Source: Chloroflexota bacterium (GTDB taxonomy: Bacteria > Chloroflexota > Dehalococcoidia > Lucifugimonadales > UBA2985). Taken from it: DNA of 64,000 bases. The position numbers and the translations under genes are program-made. The notes under the pieces are model-generated. The model saw only the letters and a program-made list of their open reading frames with translations. It was not told the DNA's origin and ran no database searches. Location: assembly GCA_028877205.1 (NCBI GenBank), contig JAPPHY010000003.1, positions 64,083 through 128,082 of the forward strand. Direction: 5' to 3'. Positions 9,421 to 19,126 of the stretch are shown here, one piece after another. How positions within the stretch are numbered: the first letter of the stretch is position 1; each line of letters starts with the position of its first letter.

Positions 9421-9449
9421 TTGACACGAATTGGGTCTCGCGCTAGACT
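9421..9449 (+). promoter_or_regulatory. candidate sigma70-type promoter for the liv operon
   Basis: TTGACA (9421..9426), 17-nt spacer, TAGACT (9444..9449). It lies about 55 nt upstream of the livJ-like start. Confidence 0.4.
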
Positions 9450-9505
9450 GTGATTCAAGGTAACAGGCCACGTTGAACCGCAAAATCCGCTACCGTGGAG
9501 AAGAG

Positions 9506-10762
9506 ATGTTACGAAACGCGTTGATTCCCAGGATGCTCATTTCCGTACTGCTTGGCGCCGTCATGGTGGCTGCACTGGCGTGCCAGGAGGATCCCACACC
9601 CACCAGTCCCCCGCAACCGACGGCTACGGCCGCGCCAACCGATACTCCCGAGCCCACGGCTACGCCGGTGCCGGAACCCTTTACTATAGGGGTCATGGAG
9701 TCGGTCACAGGGCCGGGCGAGTCGTACGGGACGGTCATGGTGCAGGCCAAGCAGATGGCCGCGGACGAGATCAACGCGGCCGGCGGCGTCAACGGCCGTC
9801 CGCTCAACCTCATTATCGAGGACTCCAAGTGCGGCGCGGCGGACGCCATCACGGCGTACAACAAGCTCACGGACGTCGATGGCGTGAAGATCATCCTGGG
9901 CACGTCCTGCAGCGGCGCCATGCTCGGCGCAGCCCCGCTGGCGGAGCAGGACGGCGTGGTCATGCTCTCCGCTTCCGCAACCAACCCGGACATCGCAGAG
10001 GCGGGAGACTACATCTTCCGCACCGCCATCAACGACAACAAGCTGGGCGTGGACACAGGCAACACCATGTGGGCGGACGGGGCTCGCACCATAGCTTCCA
10101 TCAACGAGCTGACCGACTACGCCGAGGGCGTTCGCCGGACGACTACCGAGCGATTCGAGGCGCTGGGCGGCACGGTCAGCGCCGCCGAGTCATACACCTC
10201 GGACGCAACCGACTTCCGGAGCCAGCTGACCAAGCTGACGGAGTCCAACCCGGACGCCATCCACGTTGCGGCGCAGTCGGAGTTCACCGGCGGCACCATC
10301 GTCAAGCAGCTGCGGGAGCTTGGCTACGACGGCCCAATCTACGCTGAGAGCGTCGTAGCCGGCACGCAGGCTCTGGAGATCGCGGGAGCTGCTGCGAACG
10401 GCCTCAAGGCCATCATACCCAGCCCGGACCTGGAAACCGAGCGGGGCAAGCAGTTCCTCTCCAACTTCCGCGAGCGCTACGGCTTCATCACCCTGCCCTG
10501 GTTCCTGGGCTCCGCGTACGACGATGTCTTCATTGCGGCGGAGTGCCTTGCGATGACCGGGGACGACCAGGACGCCGACGGCTTCCGGGACTGCCTCTAC
10601 GACCTGACGTACAGCGGCGCCATCGGCGACGATTTCTCATTCGACGACAAGGGCGAGGTTGTGGGCCTTGCCAACGTGGTGGTGCAGGTGCTGCCCGTGG
10701 CCGAGAGGAACCTGGACAACCAGGGCTATGAGATCCTGGGAGCTGCGCCAAGTGTTCAGTAG
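9506..10762 (+). CDS. branched-chain amino-acid ABC transporter substrate-binding lipoprotein (LivJ/Peripla_BP_6 type)
   Basis: ATG at 9506 sits behind GGAGAAGAG. Lipobox VAALAC is followed by a Pro/Thr linker, then IGVMESVTGPGESYG...INAAGGVNGRPLNLIIEDSKC, typical of LivJ-type proteins. Confidence 0.85.
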   Translation: MLRNALIPRMLISVLLGAVMVAALACQEDPTPTSPPQPTATAAPTDTPEPTATPVPEPFTIGVMESVTGPGESYGTVMVQAKQMAADEINAAGGVNGRPLNLIIEDSKCGAADAITAYNKLTDVDGVKIILGTSCSGAMLGAAPLAEQDGVVMLSASATNPDIAEAGDYIFRTAINDNKLGVDTGNTMWADGARTIASINELTDYAEGVRRTTTERFEALGGTVSAAESYTSDATDFRSQLTKLTESNPDAIHVAAQSEFTGGTIVKQLRELGYDGPIYAESVVAGTQALEIAGAAANGLKAIIPSPDLETERGKQFLSNFRERYGFITLPWFLGSAYDDVFIAAECLAMTGDDQDADGFRDCLYDLTYSGAIGDDFSFDDKGEVVGLANVVVQVLPVAERNLDNQGYEILGAAPSVQ

Positions 10763-10815
10763 CCCTGGCAACCTCACGGGCACGGGAAGCGGAGTCCGGC
10801 CGGCCGGAGAGTGAG

Positions 10816-12186
10816 GTGCGCCTGCGGAGCAGCCGGACTTTCTGGTCCGGCGACCGCCGTGGCAGGCTGCTGGCAGCTGCGCTGGTAACGGCGGTCATCG
10901 CCTACGTAGGCTGGAAGATCGGGGAGTCGCCAAGCCAGGCGCTGCAGTTCGGATTCAACGGCCTGTCTGTCGGCGCGATCTATGCCCTGCTGGCAATGGG
11001 CTTCACCATTGTATACAGCACCGTCTGGTTCTTCGACCTCTACTACGGAGCGTCGGCGGCGATCGGCGCATACGGCGTATTCTACCTCCGCTCCAAGGAC
11101 GCCCTGAGCGGGCTGCACTCCGTTCACAACGCCTACGTCAACGTACTGTTCGCCTCAGTCGTGGCCGGCGTGGTTGCCTGGATTCTCTACGAGACCCTTT
11201 ACCGCCGGCTGAGCCACCGCTACAACAGGGAGGTCCTGCTCGCCGCCGGAGGAATTGTGTCGGCGGCGGCGGGATGCTACACCCTCGCGGTCCTGCACTA
11301 CACCGAGAACCTCAACGTGGTCCTGAGCCCGGCCGTAGGGTGTGCTGCGGCCTTGGCGACCGCCTGGCTTGTGTTCAAGGGTCTGGAGCGCGTGGTGGGG
11401 GGTGCGGGTAGGCGAATTGTCGTTGGAGTGGCGGCAGTGATGGGCCTGGCGGTCGGCGCGTTCGCTGCGCTCTACGTGGTGGGCGAGCCCGGCACCCGGC
11501 TGTACCTCAGCTGGGTGCTGTCCTGCCTGCTGGCGGGAGTAGTGGGCCTTGCATTGTACCGTGGTCTTTACGCCCACATGAGGGAGCGGGCCAGGTCTCC
11601 CCTCGTAATGCTGGTTGCCACGCTGGGTATACTGCTGGCGATCTCCGCAGCAATTGTGCTGGTGTTCGGCAGTCCGGCGCGGCCGCTCCCGGACGTGTTC
11701 GGCAGCCAGCCGCGGGAGATATGGGGTGGCACTATCAAGGACTTCAACCTCTTCACGGTCGGTGTGGCAATCGTCGCGTTCCTGGGGCTGCTGTTTCTCC
11801 TGAAACGCACGTCACTCGGAAGGGCCATACGAGCAATCGGAGACGACGAAGAGGTCTCGAAGGTTGTGGGTATCAACACCACGGTGGTGATATCCATTGT
11901 GTTCTTCATCGGGGCAGTCTATGCGGCTTTGGCGGGCGTGCTGAGCGGACACGACACGGCGATCCAGCCGCGGATGGGGCTGCTCCTTCTGCTCAAGGGG
12001 TGGATCGCGTCCGTGGTTGGCGGCATCGGGAACCTGTACGGCGCGGCGATCGGCGGGCTTGCCTTGGGCATGGTGGAGCAGTTCGGGATATGGGACCTGG
12101 CCGGCGAGTGGCGGGACGTCATTTCCTTTGTGCTGCTCATCCTATTCCTGTCCTTCTGGCCAAGGGGCCTGCTGCCCAGGAGGTAG
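10816..12186 (+). CDS. branched-chain amino-acid ABC permease (LivH-like) with extra TM segments
   Basis: NGLSVGAIYALLAMGFTIVY at the N-terminus and LivH-like C-terminal half (...GRAIRAIGDDEEVSKVVGINT...). At 456 aa it is about 115-150 aa longer than the usual ~300 aa. Confidence 0.8.
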   Translation: MRLRSSRTFWSGDRRGRLLAAALVTAVIAYVGWKIGESPSQALQFGFNGLSVGAIYALLAMGFTIVYSTVWFFDLYYGASAAIGAYGVFYLRSKDALSGLHSVHNAYVNVLFASVVAGVVAWILYETLYRRLSHRYNREVLLAAGGIVSAAAGCYTLAVLHYTENLNVVLSPAVGCAAALATAWLVFKGLERVVGGAGRRIVVGVAAVMGLAVGAFAALYVVGEPGTRLYLSWVLSCLLAGVVGLALYRGLYAHMRERARSPLVMLVATLGILLAISAAIVLVFGSPARPLPDVFGSQPREIWGGTIKDFNLFTVGVAIVAFLGLLFLLKRTSLGRAIRAIGDDEEVSKVVGINTTVVISIVFFIGAVYAALAGVLSGHDTAIQPRMGLLLLLKGWIASVVGGIGNLYGAAIGGLALGMVEQFGIWDLAGEWRDVISFVLLILFLSFWPRGLLPRR

Positions 12187-12189
12187 CGA

Positions 12190-13236
12190 GTGAAAGCTGA
12201 AGCAGGTGGGCGGCCGAGACCGGCCTGGGACCCGAGGCGCTTGCTGAGCGGCGTGCGGGGCAACCTGGAGCTGTGGGCCAACCTGATAATCCTCACTTGG
12301 GCGGTGGCATTTGCCGTGTGGCAGGGCACGGGATTTGCGATCGGCTTGGGCACTGTGTTTGCCATCTGGGGCATACTGTCGGTCAGCCTCAACCTGGTCG
12401 TTGGCTACACGGGCCTGCTGTCAGTGGGTCACATAGGCTTCTTCGGTATAGGGGCGTACGCGGTTGCAGTCCTCACCTCCACGCAGGACTACGAGCTGCT
12501 GCGTACGGGCGCAGTGCCCACCTACGAGTGGCCGTTCTTCGCGGCGCTTGTCGTTGGTGTTGGCCTTGCGGGGCTTGCGGCGCTGGTCGTGGGCGTGGTG
12601 TTCAACCGGTTCCGGGACGACATCTTTGTGCTGGTGTCGTTCGGTTTTGCAATCATCGCATTCAACTCATTCCTGAACCTCAGAGGCGTGACTCGCGGCG
12701 CGTTCGGCATTCACGAGGTGGCCAGGCCGCAGATAGGTCCGTGGGTGTTCGACGAGGAGTTCGACTTCCTGGTGCTCGCACTCGTGTGCCTGCTCCTGGT
12801 CTCGCTGGTCTCGTGGCTCATCGTGACCTCGTCATTCGGCCGCGTCCTCACCACAATCCGCGAGGACGAGCGGACGGCCGAGGTGTTCGGATACCGGGTG
12901 ACGCACTACAAGCTGGCGGTCTGGGTCATCTCGGCCATGATGGCGGCGCTGGCCGGCGGGCTGTTCGGCAGCTGGACCAGATTCGTTGACCCCAACTCCT
13001 TCATATTGCTGGAGTCCATTCTGCTGGTGTGCATAGTCATCCTTGGCGGGCTGGCGAGCATCTGGGGCTCCCTCCTGGGAGCGCTGGCGTTCGTACTGCT
13101 GGAGGAGGGGTTGCGCTTCCTGCCGTTCGTGCCCGACGTTCACGTGGGCCAGGCCAGGCAGATGACGCTCGGACTGATGCTGGTGCTGCTCATGCTGTTC
13201 AGGCCGCAGGGCCTGCTTGGGAGGTACAAGCTGTGA
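12190..13236 (+). CDS. branched-chain amino-acid ABC permease (LivM-like)
   Basis: SLNLVVGYTGLLSVGHIGFFGIGAY...TIREDERTAEVFG are typical LivM motifs. 348 aa. Confidence 0.85.
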   Translation: MKAEAGGRPRPAWDPRRLLSGVRGNLELWANLIILTWAVAFAVWQGTGFAIGLGTVFAIWGILSVSLNLVVGYTGLLSVGHIGFFGIGAYAVAVLTSTQDYELLRTGAVPTYEWPFFAALVVGVGLAGLAALVVGVVFNRFRDDIFVLVSFGFAIIAFNSFLNLRGVTRGAFGIHEVARPQIGPWVFDEEFDFLVLALVCLLLVSLVSWLIVTSSFGRVLTTIREDERTAEVFGYRVTHYKLAVWVISAMMAALAGGLFGSWTRFVDPNSFILLESILLVCIVILGGLASIWGSLLGALAFVLLEEGLRFLPFVPDVHVGQARQMTLGLMLVLLMLFRPQGLLGRYKL

Positions 13237-13994
13237 GCGAGTCAACCGGCGCCCGAAGAGACGAGTACGCGCTGGAGACGCGAGGCGTGACCAAGCGCTT
13301 CGGCGGCGTCACGGCCGTCGACGAGCTTTCGATCTCGATCCCGCGCACGGGCATGACGGCGATCATAGGGCCGAACGGCTCCGGCAAGTCCACGCTCATC
13401 AACCTTCTCAGCGGGATGCTGCCGCTGGACGGAGGCGCGATCGTGGTCGACGGTGTGGGCCTCAGGATGATCCGGGCGCACGAGATTCCAGGCCTGGGAA
13501 TCACCAGAACGTTTCAGGACGTCAGGCTGTTCGACCAGATAAGCGTGTGGGACAACATAATGGTGGTGCTCACGGAGCGGCGCCTTCTGCCGGCCTTGCT
13601 GCAGCGCACCCTCGCCCGTCACCGCGAGCGCACCCGGGCCATACTGGAGTCTGTCGGCATGTGGGAGAAGCGGGACTCGCTGGCCATGGACCTGTCCTAC
13701 GGGCAAAGGAAGCTGCTGGAGATGGGCAGGGCCCTGGCTATGGACGTCCACACCTACCTGTTCGATGAGCCCTTCGCAGGCCTGTTCCCGCAGATGCTGG
13801 AGCGGGTCAAGACGCTGCTGAGGCGGATGCGCGAAGACGGACGCGCCATCATCTTCGTTTCCCACAACATGGACTTGGTGCGGGAGTTGGCCGACCACCT
13901 GATAGTGCTGGACAGCGGCCAGCTCCTGGTGGAGGGCGACGTTGAGGAGGTGCTCTCGCGCCCGGAGGTCATAGAGGCGTACCTGGGCGTGTGA
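13233..13994 (+). CDS. branched-chain amino-acid ABC transporter ATP-binding protein (LivG-like)
   Basis: GTG at 13233 overlaps the livM stop (GTGA coupling). Walker A GPNGSGKST, signature LSYGQRKLLE, Walker B YLFDEP, and the C-terminal EAYLG tail. Confidence 0.9.
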   Translation: MSESTGARRDEYALETRGVTKRFGGVTAVDELSISIPRTGMTAIIGPNGSGKSTLINLLSGMLPLDGGAIVVDGVGLRMIRAHEIPGLGITRTFQDVRLFDQISVWDNIMVVLTERRLLPALLQRTLARHRERTRAILESVGMWEKRDSLAMDLSYGQRKLLEMGRALAMDVHTYLFDEPFAGLFPQMLERVKTLLRRMREDGRAIIFVSHNMDLVRELADHLIVLDSGQLLVEGDVEEVLSRPEVIEAYLGV

Positions 13995-14022
13995 GGTTTG
14001 GCCGCCGGACGAGACGTGTCGT

Positions 14023-14829
14023 ATGCGAGAAGTGGAAATGGACAACAGCAGCGAGGGACGACCGGCGGCGGGTGGCGACCAAAACGCAGCCCCTTTGCTA
14101 CGGCTGGAGAACGTATCGGTCAGGTACGGCGCGGTGTCCGCGCTGGCAGACGTGTCACTGGGCGTGCAGAAGGGCGAGGTTGTGGCGGTGATGGGCCCCA
14201 ATGGAGCCGGCAAGTCGACCGTGCTCAAGGCCGTCATGGGGCTGGCGCCTGTGGTGACAGGCCAGGTGTACTGGCGAGGAGCGAGGCTGTCCTCCGCCAC
14301 TCACGAAATCGTGAAGGAGGGCATTTCTTTCGTGCCACAGGGCAGGAGGCTCTTCACCCACCTCACCATAGAGGAGAACCTGGAGATGGGCTGCCACTTC
14401 CTGAAGGACAGGGCGGAGAGAGAGAGGCGGCTGGAGTCCGTCATGGAGCTGTTCCCAATCCTCCGCGAGAAGCGCCGAGACCCTGCGAGCCAGATGTCCG
14501 GTGGGCAGCAGCAGATGCTCGCACTGGGCCGCGGCCTGATGTCCGGCCCGGATGCGCTCCTCCTCGACGAGCCGACGCTCGGTCTTGCGCCCGTTATCGT
14601 GAAGGAGGTGTTCCGCAATGTCGAAGCAATCGGCAGGACGCTGGGCACCACCATCATGATCGTCGAGCACAATATCCGCGGAGTCCTGGACATCGTCGAC
14701 CGCGCCTACGTGCTGGACGCCGGCCGCCTTGTCTTCAATGGGACGCCCGAAGAGGTGCTGGAGACGGGTATCCTGACGGAGGTGTTCCTGGGCAAGGTGG
14801 AGGCGCAGATGGAGGAAGAGGAGGAGTAG
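14023..14829 (+). CDS. branched-chain amino-acid ABC transporter ATP-binding protein (LivF-like)
   Basis: Walker A GPNGAGKST, signature MSGGQQQMLA, Walker B LLLDEP. Confidence 0.9.
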   Translation: MREVEMDNSSEGRPAAGGDQNAAPLLRLENVSVRYGAVSALADVSLGVQKGEVVAVMGPNGAGKSTVLKAVMGLAPVVTGQVYWRGARLSSATHEIVKEGISFVPQGRRLFTHLTIEENLEMGCHFLKDRAERERRLESVMELFPILREKRRDPASQMSGGQQQMLALGRGLMSGPDALLLDEPTLGLAPVIVKEVFRNVEAIGRTLGTTIMIVEHNIRGVLDIVDRAYVLDAGRLVFNGTPEEVLETGILTEVFLGKVEAQMEEEEE

Positions 14830-14845
14830 GAGCCGTCGACGGCTC
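14830..14845. terminator. perfect 16-nt palindrome between convergent genes
   Basis: GAGCCGTCGACGGCTC lies immediately after the livF stop, before the convergent GH15 gene. There is no T-tract. Confidence 0.35.
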
Positions 14846-14874
14846 GCATGGGGTGAAGCGGCTGAAGCGCCGGC

Positions 14875-16710
14875 TTACGTCCGGGAGGAGGTCCGCCGGA
14901 CCCGCCGTATGCTCGTATCGGCGATGAACCTCGAGAGATTCAGAGCCGTGTGGATGAGCCCCACGTGCGAGTACCCCTGCGGGAAGTTGCCCAGCTGCTC
15001 GTTGGTGACCGGGTCGAACATCTCAGACAGCAGGCCCACGTGATTGGCCCTCTTGGTGATGATCTCGTGGAAGTAGTCGAAGCCGCGATCGGTCTGGCCC
15101 GTGTAGACGAGGTTGCCGATTAGCCAGAAACTGAGGAGTGAGAAGGCTCCTTCCGGCTGGCCGGACAAGCCATCGTCGGTCTCCTCGGGCAGGTATCTCC
15201 AGACCAACGGTCCGTCGGTCAGCTCACGCTCAACGGCATCCAGGTTCTGGCGAATGCGAGGGTCGTCTCGGCGCAGCAGGCCCAGGAACGGGATGACCAG
15301 GTTGGACGCATCCAGGGCCTCGCCGTCATATCGCTGCCGGAACGCCTTCTTGCTGTAGCTCCAGCCGGCGTTCAGGACCTCCCGGCTGATCCGGCGTGCG
15401 GTGCCCGACCAGCGACGCGCACGGCGCTGGTCTCCCAATCTGTCCGCGATGTAGGCGGCCCGGTCCAACGCCACCCAGCACATCACCTTGGAGTACACGA
15501 AGTGCTTCTGCTCGCCGCGCACCTCCCAGATGCCGCGGTCGCGACGCTGCCAGTTGGCCATGACGGTCTCCGCCAGCGACTGCACCAGCTCCCACGCCTG
15601 AGGGGGTATGTGGCCCTCCAGCAGCAACAGAGAGTGGATGGAGATTATGACCTCCCCGAATACGTCCAGCTGAAGGTGGCGCGCCGCCCCGTTGCCTATT
15701 CGCACTGGACGCGAGTCCTTGTATCCCGACAGGTGGTCCAGCGTCAGCTCCCTGAGCGATGAGCCCCGGCTGATGCCGTACACTATGCTCGTGTTGCCTT
15801 CCGTCAGCTTGCACTGGTCCAGCAGCCAGTGGATGTAGCGGTCGGCCCCGTAGTAGTCGCCGAGGCGGTATAGGATGTCAACTGTGAAGGCGGAGTCGCG
15901 CAGCCACGCGAAGCGGTAGTCCCAGTTGCGTGTGCCGCCGATGGTCTCCGGCAGGCTGGTGGTCGGCGAAGCCACTATGGCCCCCGTCTCACGAAACATC
16001 ATCAGGTGAAGCACAAGGAAGGAGCGGACTATGGCGTCCCGCCACAGGCCCTGGTAGTCCATGTGGGCAACCAGGTCCTGCCAGTAGCGGCGCGTCTGGT
16101 CCAGCTTGACAGGGGTGTTGAATCTCTCCACGCTTGTCGGGCGGCTGTGTCCGTACGCCAGCACAAAAATGGCGCTTTGTCCCGCGGACAGCGTGAAGCT
16201 AGAATATGCGCCGCCCTCATCGGCTGTCAGCGGCGTGGTTGCCAGAAGCGTCATGGTCTGGCGTCCGCCGCGCGCCTCTACCGCCGAGTTGCCGCGCAGC
16301 ATTCGGAAGGCCGGTGTGCTGCGGCCGTAGTTGTGGCGGGGCTGGAAGTCGCACCGCATCTGCACGTCACCGGAGAGGCACGTAATGACGCGATGAATCT
16401 CGTGGAGGTGCACGGGCGGCGTATCCGGGTTGTCGTCGTCACTAACGGGCATGAAGTCTGTGATGGAGACCCGGCCGTTCTCCGTGCGAAATGTGGTCTC
16501 CAGGACGTTGGTGTCGGGAAGGTACTGCTGACTGGACTCCAGGACGGCGCCCGCGGGGCTGATCTTGAACCGGCCTCCCACGTCCTTGTCCAGGATGGCG
16601 GCGAAGACGCTTGGGGAGTCGAAGCGCGGAAAGCAGCACCAGTCGATAGAGCCGTCGGTCCCGACGAGCGCTGCGGAGGACATATCCCCTATTAGACCGT
16701 ATGGGAACAT
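14875..16710 (-). CDS. glycoside hydrolase family 15 (glucoamylase/trehalase-like)
   Basis: Start chosen at ATG 16710 (MFPYGLIGDMSSAALVGTDGSIDWCCFPRFDSPSVFAAILD, the typical GH15 N-terminus). Later motifs include RNWDYRFAWLRDSAF. Confidence 0.85.
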   Translation of the reverse strand: MFPYGLIGDMSSAALVGTDGSIDWCCFPRFDSPSVFAAILDKDVGGRFKISPAGAVLESSQQYLPDTNVLETTFRTENGRVSITDFMPVSDDDNPDTPPVHLHEIHRVITCLSGDVQMRCDFQPRHNYGRSTPAFRMLRGNSAVEARGGRQTMTLLATTPLTADEGGAYSSFTLSAGQSAIFVLAYGHSRPTSVERFNTPVKLDQTRRYWQDLVAHMDYQGLWRDAIVRSFLVLHLMMFRETGAIVASPTTSLPETIGGTRNWDYRFAWLRDSAFTVDILYRLGDYYGADRYIHWLLDQCKLTEGNTSIVYGISRGSSLRELTLDHLSGYKDSRPVRIGNGAARHLQLDVFGEVIISIHSLLLLEGHIPPQAWELVQSLAETVMANWQRRDRGIWEVRGEQKHFVYSKVMCWVALDRAAYIADRLGDQRRARRWSGTARRISREVLNAGWSYSKKAFRQRYDGEALDASNLVIPFLGLLRRDDPRIRQNLDAVERELTDGPLVWRYLPEETDDGLSGQPEGAFSLLSFWLIGNLVYTGQTDRGFDYFHEIITKRANHVGLLSEMFDPVTNEQLGNFPQGYSHVGLIHTALNLSRFIADTSIRRVRRTSSRT

Positions 16711-16867
16711 ACGTGATGAGACGGCGGGACGTCCGCCGGATGCGAGTGAGTTTATCACCGCCGCCGTGCTATGCGCAACACGCACGCGGGCATGGCCTTG
16801 CGGAATACACATCACGCCCGTTGCCGCACCGGCAAGTGGATGGTACATTCACGAAGGAGGTGTCGGT

Positions 16868-17506
16868 TTGTCCACGGAGCTGGAGCGCGCCAGGGAAAGG
16901 CTGTTCAAGAGCCTTCGCAGGCAGGGCAAGTGGAAGGCTGCGCTGGATGCCATGGCACGCGTGCCCCGCGAGCTGTTCGTGCCGGAGGAGAGCCGGCCCC
17001 AGAGCTACGAAGACATACCACTGCCCATTGCGGAAGGGCAGACCATATCCCAGCCCTACATAGTTGCGCTGATGACCCACGCGCTCGACGTCCGCCCGGG
17101 CGACCGCGTGCTGGAGCTTGGTACGGGCAGCGGGTACCAGGCCGCGATCCTCTCGCTGATGGCGCGGAAGGTGTACACCGTCGAGCGGGTCGCTTCACTG
17201 GCTGAGAGCGCTTCGGCGCTCCTCCGCTCGCTGGGATACGGGAACGTGGAGGTGCACAAGGCGGGCCGGGAGCTCGGCCTGCCGGAGCAGGCTCCCTTCG
17301 ACGCCATCGTGGTCACGGCGGCAGCTCCGAGGCTGCCACGGTCGCTCATGGAGCAGCTCGCAGTGGGCGGCCGGCTCGTGATACCGGTTGGCTCTCAGCA
17401 CGAGCAGTGGCTAATGAAGGTGGTCCGAAAGAAGGGCGGCTACGCCACCAGCAGCCTGGGGTCGTGCCGCTTCGTGCCACTCCTGGGCAAGGACGCCTGG
17501 TCGTAG
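16868..17506 (+). CDS. pcm: protein-L-isoaspartate O-methyltransferase
   Basis: TTG at 16868 sits behind GGAGG. GQTISQPYIVALM and LELGTGSGYQAA (SAM motif) are present. The longer ORF-track version overlaps the GH15 gene. Confidence 0.85.
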   Translation: MSTELERARERLFKSLRRQGKWKAALDAMARVPRELFVPEESRPQSYEDIPLPIAEGQTISQPYIVALMTHALDVRPGDRVLELGTGSGYQAAILSLMARKVYTVERVASLAESASALLRSLGYGNVEVHKAGRELGLPEQAPFDAIVVTAAAPRLPRSLMEQLAVGGRLVIPVGSQHEQWLMKVVRKKGGYATSSLGSCRFVPLLGKDAWS

Positions 17507-17622
17507 CCGTTCCCGAGCGCCCCAGAAGGCGCGCGGCGGGCGTGTCGTCTGTCACAGGTGGCGGATTTGCTCTATACTAGGCTAGACTTCGGATCACAAT
17601 CCGGCGCGGAGGACTTGCGGCA

Positions 17623-18516
17623 GTGGCAACTTCACATCCCCAAGAGGCAGGCTTTTCGCCCCTGTCCAAGCTGCGCCTTCTTCTGGACTCGATACGATTC
17701 GAGCACACCATCTTCGCTCTCCCGTTCGCGTACCTCGGCATGGCACTTGCCGCGGACGGCCTGCCCACGCTCTGGCAGTTCGTATGGATCACGGTTGCTA
17801 TGGCCTCCGCTCGCACGCTGGCCATGTCCGCCAACCGCATCATAGACCGGCACCTGGACGCACAGAACCCGCGCACAGCGTCGCGTCCGCTGCCGTCGGG
17901 CAGGCTGAAGCTGTGGGAGATGCGGGCGATGGCGCTGGTATCGCTGGCCGTGTTCCTGCTGGCGGCGGGGATGCTCAACACACTCGCGCTCATCCTTGCG
18001 CCGGTGGCAGCCATCGTGGTCGTCGGCTACTCGTACACAAAGCGGTTCACCTGGACGTCGCACTTTATTCTCGGCTGGGCGGACGGCATCGCCCCCGCGG
18101 GCGGATGGATCGCGGTGACCGGCTCACTCAGCTGGGAGCCGGTGCTGATGGCGTTCGCCGTGGCCGCGTGGATCGGCGGGTTCGACATGCTCTACGCCTG
18201 CCAGGACTACGACTTCGACAGGCAGAGCGGTCTCCACTCGATACCTCAGAAGTGGGGCATTGCGGCGGCGCTGTGGTGGGCGAAGGCGATGCACGTGCTC
18301 ACAGCCGTGTCCCTCCTGGCGATAGGACCGTGGATGGGGCTTGGATTCCCGTTCTACATCGGCTGGGCGATCGCTGCGGGGCTGCTGGTGTACGAGCACA
18401 GGCTGGTGTCTCCCAACGACCTGTCAAGGCTCAACCTCGCGTTCTTCAGCGTGAACGGCTACATAGCCGTCATCGTGTTCGTGTTTACGTTTGCATCAAT
18501 CTACGTGGGGCGATAA
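17623..18516 (+). CDS. UbiA-family aromatic polyprenyltransferase (4-hydroxybenzoate/1,4-dihydroxy-6-naphthoate type)
   Basis: NRIIDRHLDAQNPRTASRPLPSG and the second Asp-rich motif YACQDYDFD. About 8-9 TM segments. Confidence 0.85.
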   Translation: MATSHPQEAGFSPLSKLRLLLDSIRFEHTIFALPFAYLGMALAADGLPTLWQFVWITVAMASARTLAMSANRIIDRHLDAQNPRTASRPLPSGRLKLWEMRAMALVSLAVFLLAAGMLNTLALILAPVAAIVVVGYSYTKRFTWTSHFILGWADGIAPAGGWIAVTGSLSWEPVLMAFAVAAWIGGFDMLYACQDYDFDRQSGLHSIPQKWGIAAALWWAKAMHVLTAVSLLAIGPWMGLGFPFYIGWAIAAGLLVYEHRLVSPNDLSRLNLAFFSVNGYIAVIVFVFTFASIYVGR

Positions 18517-18528
18517 GGTGACGGCGTC

Positions 18529-19116
18529 ATGGATCCGGTGATAGTGGGCATATCGGGAGCGAGCGGCTCGGCGATGGCGGAGCGCACGATAGACGTGCTG
18601 CTGGAGCGCGAGGTTCCCGTCATTGCCACCTGCACCAACGCGGGCCGGATGGTGTGGCAGGAGGAGATGGAGACTCCCTTCGCGTCGGCGGTGGCGCGGT
18701 GGCAGGAGTCGCCCCAATTCACCTACCACCCCATCGGTGACCTCAAGGCTCCCATAGCCAGCGGCACCACTCGCACGTCAGGGATGGTGGTTGTGCCGTG
18801 CAGCACCGGCACGCTCGCGGCCATAGCGCATGGGCTGTCATCCAACCTGCTGCAGCGCGCCGCGGACGTGTGCCTGAAGGAGCGGCGCCGGCTGGTGGTG
18901 GTGCCTCGCGAGACCCCGCTTTCGCCGATTCACCTGGAGAACATGCTGGCGCTGGCTCGGCTGGGCGTGACTGTGCTCCCGCCGGAGCCGGCGTTCTACC
19001 TCCGGCAACGGTCCGTGGAGGACGTGGTGGAGTACGTGGTGGCGAAGTCGCTGGAGGCGCTGGGGCTGGACGGGTTCATGGGCGACGACATGCGATACCA
19101 GCGGCGGAGCGACTAG
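18529..19116 (+). CDS. ubiX: flavin prenyltransferase UbiX
   Basis: VGISGASGS...VVVPCSTGTLAAIAHG...VVVPRETPLS are canonical UbiX/Pad1 motifs. Confidence 0.9.
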   Translation: MDPVIVGISGASGSAMAERTIDVLLEREVPVIATCTNAGRMVWQEEMETPFASAVARWQESPQFTYHPIGDLKAPIASGTTRTSGMVVVPCSTGTLAAIAHGLSSNLLQRAADVCLKERRRLVVVPRETPLSPIHLENMLALARLGVTVLPPEPAFYLRQRSVEDVVEYVVAKSLEALGLDGFMGDDMRYQRRSD

Positions 19117-19126
19117 GAACGGGCGC

